64,000 bases of DNA, from contig CP129474.1 in the NCBI GenBank assembly GCA_030583765.1, forward strand, positions 265,709 to 329,708, written 5' to 3'. Source of the DNA: Minisyncoccota bacterium. GTDB lineage: Bacteria; Patescibacteriota; Minisyncoccia; 2-02-FULL-40-12; GWA2-44-9. This document shows, piece after piece, positions 56,494-64,000 of the stretch (its first letter is position 1; the number at the start of each line of letters is the position of its first letter). The notes under the pieces are model-generated. The model worked only from the letters and a program-made list of their open reading frames with translations. It searched no databases and was not told where the DNA came from. Position numbers and translations under genes: made by a program.

Positions 56494-56535
56494 TGAAAGA
56501 AAAAGAAAAGCGCCGAAGGGGTGAACCTTCGGCGC
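56494..56535 (-). terminator. rho-independent terminator after lipoprotein metzincin gene
   Basis: 10-bp stem GCGCCGAAGG/CCTTCGGCGC with loop GGTGAA, followed by a U-rich tract on the minus strand. Confidence 0.5.
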
Positions 56536-56607
56536 GGTGGCAAGAACGGGACGGTATCACATCGCCCCGCGATCGCCGGAAAGAACAGAGAGTGGGAACG
56601 GGTGAGG

Positions 56608-57519
56608 CTAGTGGAGCGGGCAGTCGATCTCCACGGTGCTGTGCGCCGTCGAGAGAGCGGTGGTGACGTCACGATCGTTGTCGGGGGCCGAAGTCCCCGG
56701 CCGACGACGGAACATCATGCGCATGACGTAGGCTTCGGTGTTCGTAAACACCGGCTGGAACAAGGCTCCGTTCGAGTGCATCGTATCTCGAGCATCGATT
56801 GAATGCCCCATACCCAGGCCATGACCTGCCTCATGGCAAATCGCAAGCCTCGCCTTCTCAACGCTCGAGAATCGCATACGCGACGAGGAGATGAGATTCC
56901 CTGCGAACGTGTTTCCGGTTATCCCGAAAGCTTGCAGCGATGGGTCGATGAGGAGCGTGAACTGCACGCCGGATCCACCAACCGAAACGCTCGCCCTCTG
57001 GGTCGCAGTCGTCATCTCGCCAGCGCAGGCATTGATCACGTTCATCGCCTGCGCATCGGCGGAGATTTCCGCGGACGGCGCGAGTCCGATGGAGCCCGCC
57101 GCAGGACGGGACAGGCGGTTGCCCGGCGCCCACTGATGATACACCAGTGCGTCGATGTACTCTCCAGACACCACGGTGGTATTCCAGAGGTACACGTTCC
57201 ATGGCGACTCCCCACGATACGCCGTGTTGAAGTCGCGGTGACCGGAAGCAGAGACGTCCACCGCATCACCCGAACGGAGCGACACGGAGACCTCGCCGCT
57301 GGCGTTCGTCGTCACGCGACCTGAAGGGGTCGCGATGGACGCGCCGGCCAACGGCATGTCGTCCCAGCCCGAGAACACTCGGACCGAAACGGTCTGCGCG
57401 CCCGGGGTGGGCGTTGCCGTCGGCCCCGGGGTGGGGCCAGACGGGCTCCCCCCTCCGCCGCACGCGGCGAGGGAGAGGAGGACGAAAGCCACCAGAAGGC
57501 GGCTCATCATCTTCGTCAT
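56608..57519 (-). CDS. lipoprotein metzincin-type zinc metalloprotease
   Basis: Lipobox LLSLAACGGGG, Pro/Thr linker, and HEAGHGLGMGH (HExxHxxGxxH). Confidence 0.65.
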   Translation of the reverse strand: MTKMMSRLLVAFVLLSLAACGGGGSPSGPTPGPTATPTPGAQTVSVRVFSGWDDMPLAGASIATPSGRVTTNASGEVSVSLRSGDAVDVSASGHRDFNTAYRGESPWNVYLWNTTVVSGEYIDALVYHQWAPGNRLSRPAAGSIGLAPSAEISADAQAMNVINACAGEMTTATQRASVSVGGSGVQFTLLIDPSLQAFGITGNTFAGNLISSSRMRFSSVEKARLAICHEAGHGLGMGHSIDARDTMHSNGALFQPVFTNTEAYVMRMMFRRRPGTSAPDNDRDVTTALSTAHSTVEIDCPLH

Positions 57520-57659
57520 GTTACTACCCTCCTACCGCCATACGGCGGCGAAAACGTGTGAAAGAACTTGTATATATTATACCACAAAAAATGGTGTTTT
57601 AGCAAGATGCTCTTTTTGCACCAAAAAGCCCCATTTCTGGGGCCTTTTTGTATCTACCG

Positions 57660-59297
57660 CTATTGTGGTAGCACTTCCTTCCACTTCGGAAGCGGGAGCG
57701 TTTCTACGGTGATATTCTGACTCGCAGGCGCTGCGGGGCAGGTGTATCCCTCGTTATCTGTAACCTGCATCGTTGCGGTGTATGTCCCCTCTGCAGAGTA
57801 GGCGTGTGAGGTATTGCCAAGGTTCGCGCCGGGGCCAGCGCCCGTGCCGTCACCAAAGTTCCATGTCCACGAAGCGCATGCCTGTGGGTTGCCGCCGCCG
57901 TTGTAGCACACTGCTTGGGAAGCAAACGCTACGTTCTGGTTAATGCGTGGGGTTTGTGGCGTCGCAGTAAACGTTGCACTGGAAGGATATTGGTGTTGTG
58001 GCGAAGACCACGACTGTTGGTTTGCCGCACATCCAGGACCCGTGCAGAGCGACATGTTCGCGTAGCTTGAGACAAGACCGCCAGCGTCCCACGTGCGCAC
58101 GCGGGCGTAATATGTTCTGTTAAATGCTAGTTGGCCCTGCGGAATGCTGTATGACGTTGCAGAAGAGGAAACCTGTCCTGAGTCATGGTTGACACTCGTA
58201 AAGCCGCTGTTGTCATCCACTTGGACTTGGTAGGCGCTCTGGGTATCTCCTGCATCATTGAACGTCCATGAGACAATACCTCCAGGACCAAGGGCGCAGT
58301 AGTCTGGCTCAGTGAGGCGCACACTGCTTACCGTTGGCGCACTATTTGCAGCCACGGTTACCGTAACGCTATCTGCGACACCGTTACAGGTGAGCGTATA
58401 GGTTCGTGTGCTGGTAAGGGCGCCGGTAGATTCACTGCCACTCGTTGGCTTACTCCCCGACCACGCGCCCGATGCCGTGCAGGAAGATGCATTGCTGGCA
58501 CTCCACGAAAGCGTAGCACTTGCACCATTTTGAATGGAACACGAATTTGCATTGTTACACTGAATGTCTACCGTTGTATTCGGAGCATAGGTAAGAGTCC
58601 ACGAAAGCGTCACTGTGCCCTCTGCGCTACCGCGCGTTTGTGTAGCGCCTGGTGAAACACTCTGGAGCGTATAGCCGTTTCCGCTACCCGCAGAGAGCGT
58701 GTAATCTCCTTGGCCGGCGAGATCTCCTTGGTTTGATGCATATGAACTCGTACCAGAAAGCGGGCATTCACTATTCTGGTTGGTGTCTGGGCATGAAACG
58801 CTCCAGGAACCACCGTTAATGGCGTTGCCACTCGTATCTTGCACATTCACTACAACATTCACCCACTTTGTAGTAGGGGTCGGTTCGGGGGTCGGTTCGG
58901 GGGTCGGACTCAAGAGAGGCCCACTAGGCACTGTCTCGGAGCGAAGCTCATATTCCCCTATCTCACTCCAACACTCAGTAACAAAATCATTGTTCCCAGC
59001 AACTAATGCAATGTCATTCCTTGTCAGGGAGGCATTTTGATACAGCTGGTTTGATGCCGCGCTCCCCGTTGGCCACATACTGGAAACCCACACCGTCCAC
59101 TCACCGCCTCCAGAACCAACCTGCGCGCTTAAGTCTACAGTAGAGCCATCATAGCCCGAAAGCCCTTGAAAACAGGACATTGGGCAAAGGTTTTCTTCAA
59201 TACCTACGGAGCAGAGGGCTTCTGCAGGAAGCGGTACTACGAACGTAGCGCTCATCAGGACTACTGCGGAAATAATGAAAAGACGGAATGCGTTCAT
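57660..59297 (-). CDS. secreted surface protein with Ig/PKD-like repeats and TPEPTPEPTP linker
   Basis: 545 aa. Signal peptide, Ser/Thr/Gly/Asn-rich beta-repeat composition, (TPEP)n linker. Confidence 0.5.
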   Translation of the reverse strand: MNAFRLFIISAVVLMSATFVVPLPAEALCSVGIEENLCPMSCFQGLSGYDGSTVDLSAQVGSGGGEWTVWVSSMWPTGSAASNQLYQNASLTRNDIALVAGNNDFVTECWSEIGEYELRSETVPSGPLLSPTPEPTPEPTPTTKWVNVVVNVQDTSGNAINGGSWSVSCPDTNQNSECPLSGTSSYASNQGDLAGQGDYTLSAGSGNGYTLQSVSPGATQTRGSAEGTVTLSWTLTYAPNTTVDIQCNNANSCSIQNGASATLSWSASNASSCTASGAWSGSKPTSGSESTGALTSTRTYTLTCNGVADSVTVTVAANSAPTVSSVRLTEPDYCALGPGGIVSWTFNDAGDTQSAYQVQVDDNSGFTSVNHDSGQVSSSATSYSIPQGQLAFNRTYYARVRTWDAGGLVSSYANMSLCTGPGCAANQQSWSSPQHQYPSSATFTATPQTPRINQNVAFASQAVCYNGGGNPQACASWTWNFGDGTGAGPGANLGNTSHAYSAEGTYTATMQVTDNEGYTCPAAPASQNITVETLPLPKWKEVLPQ

Positions 59298-59301
59298 GGG
59301 T

Positions 59302-59778
59302 TTAGCGTTGGATAAAAATAATATATGCGTTCGACTGGGATTGAATCCCTGTTACCGTTACCTCGATGGACTGCGCCATACGTGTAGCGCGGAGCGTGAA
59401 CACGCCGTTACGCTCTTCGTCGCTCGTAATGTTCCACTGTGCATTTTTCAGAAACATGCGATACGCCGCGGCAAGGCGCTGAGGCTCATCGCCCGTTCGC
59501 GTGCGGATCCACAGCGGACGGTAGTCGTCTGGGTATCCCGCGTCTACTATGCGCCCACCAGCGAGCACTTCTGGAGCTGTGCCAAGTACCGCATAGGGCG
59601 GCATACCATTAGGCATGTTGCTTTTTGAGGCTGCAGAAATCTGAGGCAGTTTTATAGAAAAGGAGTATGTCCCCGGCTTCATGTCGCCACCAGAACGCGT
59701 CGTGAAGTATGCGACGACGATCACTGCAAGGAGTATCCCTGCACCACTCAGCAACGTGCGACGTGATTGCATGTCCAT
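59302..59778 (-). CDS. hypothetical membrane-anchored protein
   Basis: 158 aa with an N-terminal TM (LLSGAGILLAVIVVAYF). Confidence 0.4.
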   Translation of the reverse strand: MDMQSRRTLLSGAGILLAVIVVAYFTTRSGGDMKPGTYSFSIKLPQISAASKSNMPNGMPPYAVLGTAPEVLAGGRIVDAGYPDDYRPLWIRTRTGDEPQRLAAAYRMFLKNAQWNITSDEERNGVFTLRATRMAQSIEVTVTGIQSQSNAYIIFIQR

Positions 59779-59873
59779 GTGCCCTTATTGTACCACTCTT
59801 GACCGCTCCATATTTACGTTTCTGTGTGGATAAGAAAAGCCCCCTACGCACACAGTGTGTGGCGCAGGGGGCG

Positions 59874-60167
59874 CTAGGGCTTGTGACGGCGATTGTACTG
59901 CAGATGCTGATCTGCGAACACTCGCCACGAGAGATCTGGAATGAGGATGCCCTCCGCAAGCGCGACGGCTTCCAGCCGTAAGCGAACGGCGTTGAACGCC
60001 GACTCCGCCTGCTCTCGTTCGTGGGTTTCACCGGGAAGCTCACCGAGGAGCTTCCCGCGAACGCGCAGGAATGCGGGATCATACGAGAGGCCCCACAGCA
60101 GCTCCCAGAGCGGTGACAGCGCGGGCCGACGACGGCACTCACGCGCGAATGCCCTCAGTTCTTCCAT
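59874..60167 (-). CDS. hypothetical protein
   Basis: 97 aa, helical composition. Confidence 0.3.
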   Translation of the reverse strand: MEELRAFARECRRRPALSPLWELLWGLSYDPAFLRVRGKLLGELPGETHEREQAESAFNAVRLRLEAVALAEGILIPDLSWRVFADQHLQYNRRHKP

Positions 60168-60182
60168 AGGAGCAGAGCCTCC

Positions 60183-60623
60183 TTACCCTGCAATTGCACG
60201 AGCGACGGCAAGCGCCCATCGCCCTACAACAGTCCTATCAAGCGGATGCAATCCTACAACATCTTTCCACTTCGTGTCAAGTTTCCCCTTTACGCATGCG
60301 CGCATGATAGCATTCAGCGTGCTAATGAGCGCATCGTGTACCCGCGTGCGATTGTCATCCGCGCCCTCAATTGCCTGAAGTTCTTCGGCGGTTGCAGAGC
60401 GCCCCTCTACAACGTCGCGCAACTGATTGTGCTTTATAACCGCGCCCGCATACGCAGAAAGGCCCTGTTTTAATTCTGGGATAAAACGCCGCACATCTTC
60501 ACTCTTCTCCCCAAGATCTACGAGATACCAAAATATATCAAGCGCCTCTTCTTCGGGAGTAGGAGCTCCGTGCTCATGGTCTGCCTTTCTCTGCCACAAC
60601 TCTTCAAGACTCGGTTCACTCAT
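60183..60623 (-). CDS. hypothetical protein
   Basis: 146 aa, acidic. Has a 4-bp overlap with the upstream glyQS stop. Confidence 0.35.
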   Translation of the reverse strand: MSEPSLEELWQRKADHEHGAPTPEEEALDIFWYLVDLGEKSEDVRRFIPELKQGLSAYAGAVIKHNQLRDVVEGRSATAEELQAIEGADDNRTRVHDALISTLNAIMRACVKGKLDTKWKDVVGLHPLDRTVVGRWALAVARAIAG

Positions 60624-61921
60624 AGGCGGATAGCGTTAGCGATAATGCTGTCCAGCTCGCTGATGGGCACCCGCTTTTGTTCTGCAGTGTCACGGTCGCG
60701 AATAGTCACCGTGTCATTTTCGAGCGTATCAAAATCAATGGTGATGCAGAATGGCGTGCCGATCTCGTCTTGCGCAAAGTAGCGCTTGCCAATGTTGCCG
60801 CGGTCATCCCACGCAACCATATATTTTTCACGGAGCGCACCAAACACGGTGCGGGCCTTCGTAACCAGCTCTGGCTTGTTCTTTAAAAGTGGAAACACTG
60901 CGGCCTTAAACGGTGCGAGCGCGGGGCGCAGCGCAAGGTAGGTGCGCTCGCCGTCTTCGCGATACGCACTGCAGAGCACCGCAAGCACCGTGCGGTCTAC
61001 GCCCCATGTCGGCTCGATCACGTGCGGAATCGACTTCTCTCCCGTTTCTGGATCGGTGTATTCCAGCGATTGCCCGGAAGCTTCTTGGTGGTTGCGCAAG
61101 TCAAAGTCGGTGCGATATGCCAAGCCGTAGAGCTCCTTGGTGCCGAATGGAAACTCAAATTCAAAATCGATGGTGCGCTTTGAGTAGTGCGCACGCTCGC
61201 CATCGGGTACATCGAGCTCGTGTACTTTTTCGGTATCAATGCCCACGGCGGTCATCCACGCGAGCATTTCTTTGCGCCAGTGTTCAAATGACTCCTGCCA
61301 CTCTGCATCCGCTTTCGGCGATGGAATAAAATATTCTATTTCCATCTGCTCAAACTCACGCGTACGGAAGATGAAGTTGCCCGGCGTGATTTCATTGCGA
61401 AACGCTTTCCCTACCTGCGCGACACCAAAGGGCAGCTGCACACGCGTTGAATCAAGGACGTTCTTAAAATTCACGAACATGCCCTGCGCCGTTTCTGGAC
61501 GAAAGTATGCAACATTCGCCTGCTCTTGCGCCGCACCGATGAATGTTTGGAACATGAGATTGAACTGCTTTGCGGGCGTAAACTCTTTTCCACCACACGA
61601 AGGACACTCGCCTTCCATTTGGTCTTCGCGCAAACGTGCGTGGCACTTTTCACACTCAACAAGCGGATCAGAAAAACCAGCTACGTGCCCGCTCGCCTCC
61701 CACACTTTGGGGTTCATGATAAGCGCGGCATCAATGCCTACTACATCGGTGCGGCGGTGCACAAAGCGCGACCACCAGGCGTTTTTAATGTTGTTTTTGA
61801 GCTCTACACCCAAAGGACCGTAATCCCACGAATTCGCGAGGCCGCCATAAATCTCCGACCCTGGATAGATAAAGCCGCGGCGTTTGGCGAGAGAAACAAT
61901 CGTATCGAGTGACAATGTCAT
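60620..61921 (-). CDS. glyQS: glycyl-tRNA synthetase (alpha2 dimeric type)
   Basis: MTLSLDTIVSLAKRRGFIYPGSEIYGGLANSWDYGPLGVELKNNIK… is the canonical GlyRS N-terminus, with a class II core and a Zn-binding insertion. Confidence 0.9.
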   Translation of the reverse strand: MTLSLDTIVSLAKRRGFIYPGSEIYGGLANSWDYGPLGVELKNNIKNAWWSRFVHRRTDVVGIDAALIMNPKVWEASGHVAGFSDPLVECEKCHARLREDQMEGECPSCGGKEFTPAKQFNLMFQTFIGAAQEQANVAYFRPETAQGMFVNFKNVLDSTRVQLPFGVAQVGKAFRNEITPGNFIFRTREFEQMEIEYFIPSPKADAEWQESFEHWRKEMLAWMTAVGIDTEKVHELDVPDGERAHYSKRTIDFEFEFPFGTKELYGLAYRTDFDLRNHQEASGQSLEYTDPETGEKSIPHVIEPTWGVDRTVLAVLCSAYREDGERTYLALRPALAPFKAAVFPLLKNKPELVTKARTVFGALREKYMVAWDDRGNIGKRYFAQDEIGTPFCITIDFDTLENDTVTIRDRDTAEQKRVPISELDSIIANAIRL

Positions 61922-61927
61922 GGTGTG

Positions 61928-63688
61928 CTATTGTACGGCACCGTTGTTCCGTTGGTCAACGAGATCATCGGTGGTGAGGGTGCGCGAGCTCGTGGTCATT
62001 ACCTGCCCCGTGAACGCGTCAGTTGCGGTCAGCGAGATGTTGCGCAAGAGCGTTATCACCGATCCGCGCTGAATGAGTGAGGGCGTTACCGACACCTGAA
62101 ATGCCGCTTCTGGTTTTGCGCCAGAAAATCCGGCACCCTGCGCAACTGATGCGAGCGACCACGCCACGGTGCTCGTGTTTGCGTTGTATGCTGGTACGCC
62201 AAATCCGCCACCCCCTGCAGGACCGAGGAACTGCACACCCGGCGGGAGCAGTGCAGAGACGGTAACGTTGCGAATGTCATTGCCCGGGTTCGCGACACTC
62301 CAGCGCACCGTGTACGTTGTCGCCTGATCTACCTGTGGTGGGAATGGGCCCGTGGCGCCCAACGAAGGGTCGTTGTAGTACGCTTGTGTGCCAAGGCTCG
62401 GCTGTGTGCTGATCTTTGTAGTAAGTGAGTCTTGTGCGGCTACGTCTTCTCCGTCGACGCCAGAAGGAACATTAGGCGTGATGAGATTTGCGCTTGCCTT
62501 TACAGAGAATGCGCGCGAACCAAACGAACCGCTGGGGAACTGCTCTTTCAAGACGATAGAGAAGCGCGTTTCGCCGCTCGCTCCTGGCGGGAGTGCCGCA
62601 AACTGCGGCACCGCAGCAGAATTCCATGTGATCGTTTGTGTAGCGCCATCAAAGAAGCCGCCCTGCGTGTTAAGTGTTGCAAGGTTGTACATGTCTCCCT
62701 CAAGGCGGACGCCGAGCGTTAAGCCAATGAGTGTTGTATTTGATGTATTGCGCCACCGCACGTAGTAATCGAGACGGTCCCCTACGCCAGCAACCACGTC
62801 ACGCGCACCCGCGATAGAAAGCTGCACAGAAAGAAGTGGGCTTGAAATAATTGTTGCCGCCGACGCTTTTTCGTAATCAAGATACTGGTCATTCACCTTG
62901 CGCTGGAGCACGATATCAAGGGTCTTCGTCTCCCGCTCTACACCTGAAAGCGTCCCTGTCACCGCAATGCGGGCCCCCTTGTTTTGAGCCAACGTACGCA
63001 CGTCCCAGATGTTTGTGCCTTCGGTAGGCGCCGGCGTTGCGCGCTTAGGCGTGAAGCCATCAGGAAACGTGAACACAAAGCGAAGGTCGGAGATATCATC
63101 AGTGGTTGCATTCCGATAATCTAAAATGTACGAAACTTCCTGCCCCGAAATAGCGTTCGGTGGCACAGAAAGCGAGAGTGGCACAGGAAGATCTGCGATG
63201 GTCGTGCTGACGGAAGCGCTCTTTTCAAACACGGAGCGAAGACCCTTTGCAGAGAACGCCATCTCGAGTGTAGCGTTTTTAATATTTCCCTTGTCACCGA
63301 TAAGATAGACGGTAAATGTCTGCTCACCCGATTTTCCTGAACCAACATCGCCCACCTCAAGCACTTCGTTCACTACGGGAGAGAACGTACCGTCACGCTC
63401 CTGCACGGAGCCTTCTGGGTAGAAGAGGCGCATGCGCACGTCGGTGAGATCTACTTTCGTGTTGTTCTGCCACTTGGCCGTATAGGTGATCTGATCACCA
63501 GAAGATGCTTGTGGCGCAGCCTCAAGCAAGAGCACGACGTCACTCTCACGGAACGATGGCGCACTGTAGAGAAGCATACCAATGCTCACCACCACCAAGA
63601 GCCCCGCAAGGCCCATAAGCCATGCAAGCGCTTTGCGAGAGCGCGGCTGTGCTGGAGTAGTCCATTGTTGTTCCATCATAGATACCAT
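61928..63688 (-). CDS. membrane-anchored protein with DUF11-like repeated beta domains
   Basis: 586 aa. N-terminal TM, then three or more repeated ~110-aa modules (…DQITYTAKWQNNTKVDLTDVRMRL… / …GQEVSYILDYRNATTDDISDLRFVF… / …GDRLDYYVRWRNTSNTTLIGLTLGV…). Confidence 0.5.
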   Translation of the reverse strand: MVSMMEQQWTTPAQPRSRKALAWLMGLAGLLVVVSIGMLLYSAPSFRESDVVLLLEAAPQASSGDQITYTAKWQNNTKVDLTDVRMRLFYPEGSVQERDGTFSPVVNEVLEVGDVGSGKSGEQTFTVYLIGDKGNIKNATLEMAFSAKGLRSVFEKSASVSTTIADLPVPLSLSVPPNAISGQEVSYILDYRNATTDDISDLRFVFTFPDGFTPKRATPAPTEGTNIWDVRTLAQNKGARIAVTGTLSGVERETKTLDIVLQRKVNDQYLDYEKASAATIISSPLLSVQLSIAGARDVVAGVGDRLDYYVRWRNTSNTTLIGLTLGVRLEGDMYNLATLNTQGGFFDGATQTITWNSAAVPQFAALPPGASGETRFSIVLKEQFPSGSFGSRAFSVKASANLITPNVPSGVDGEDVAAQDSLTTKISTQPSLGTQAYYNDPSLGATGPFPPQVDQATTYTVRWSVANPGNDIRNVTVSALLPPGVQFLGPAGGGGFGVPAYNANTSTVAWSLASVAQGAGFSGAKPEAAFQVSVTPSLIQRGSVITLLRNISLTATDAFTGQVMTTSSRTLTTDDLVDQRNNGAVQ

Positions 63689-64000
63689 TATTGTAGCACA
63701 GCTCGCAGCAGCGGTAGAGACGCAAAGCGAGCGCCAGCAGTCATTTCAAATTGAGCACCTACATCACCAGCACCCGCACCAGAAGCAGTAAGCGAGCCGT
63801 GCGGAGCGCAGGACGCGCACACGCGCCCGCCAATATCGGCGTGCGTGAACCACCCATCGGGATGCTCCTCGCGAAGGCACAGAGCGCAACGACCTCGCGG
63901 GCCCGGATATCCCAACACCGCAAGTAGCGCCTCTTGGCGAGCGGTTATCGCGGCACGCGTAAGGAGGCGTCCAGCATTTAAATCTTCATATGTCTGCGTA
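63688..64000 (-). CDS. partial CDS (5' end beyond window). C-terminal CxxC…CxxC zinc ribbon, possibly an aminoacyl-tRNA synthetase (IleRS-like) C-terminus
   Basis: …RCALCLREEHPDGWFTHADIGGRVCASCAPH… resembles the IleRS C-terminal Zn-finger pattern. The ORF is open to the window end. Confidence 0.3.
   Translation of the reverse strand, partial: TQTYEDLNAGRLLTRAAITARQEALLAVLGYPGPRGRCALCLREEHPDGWFTHADIGGRVCASCAPHGSLTASGAGAGDVGAQFEMTAGARFASLPLLRAVLQ

Overview
This is a gene-dense bacterial chromosomal window of about 57% GC, mostly encoded on the minus strand, with many 4-bp start/stop overlaps. The gene content looks like a streamlined, possibly Patescibacteria/CPR-like organism, but that is inference only.

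Housekeeping core: pyk, ftsEX, prfB, lepA, murJ, a GT4/GT4/sugar-transferase polysaccharide operon, rnpB (RNase P RNA), rnhA, pgk-tpiA, dprA, topA, rmlC, relA/spoT, parAB, folD, tsaC, rpsP, rnc, nusB, rpmF, dnaE, thrS, miaA, ndk, gatB, tmk, rplK-nusG-secE, gyrB, pheS and glyQS. Five tRNAs were read by hand: Gln-CUG, Thr-CGU, Gly-UCC, Leu-CAA and Asp-GUC.

Accessory regions:
(1) A low-GC islet next to tRNA-Gln carries an Abi_C/HEPN-type abortive-infection-like protein and two co-oriented partial duplicates of the tRNA 3' end, resembling att sites.
(2) A 501-bp single-gene cassette with its own consensus promoter and terminator sits between rnhA and rnpB, bounded by a perfect 29-bp direct repeat.
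(3) A perfect 2 x 112-bp tandem repeat immediately upstream of tRNA-Leu re-duplicates the tRNA leader plus its first 10 nt.
(4) Most interesting: next to tRNA-Asp lies a candidate graspetide (microviridin-like) RiPP gene cluster. It contains a precursor-peptide ORF, an MdnC/MvdD-family ATP-grasp maturase, an intergenic attenuator hairpin, M16, two metzincin, C39-like and papain-like peptidases, and a free-standing LAGLIDADG homing endonuclease.

Other oddities: an RF2 lacking domain 1 that directly abuts tRNA-Thr; a PheS fused to a C-terminal FDX-ACB-like domain (mitochondrial-type monomeric PheRS architecture); a membrane-protein ORF interrupted by an in-frame TGA; and a tRNA 5' fragment fused to a 20-bp perfect palindrome.

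All calls come from reading the sequence and ORF translations by eye. No database search was run.
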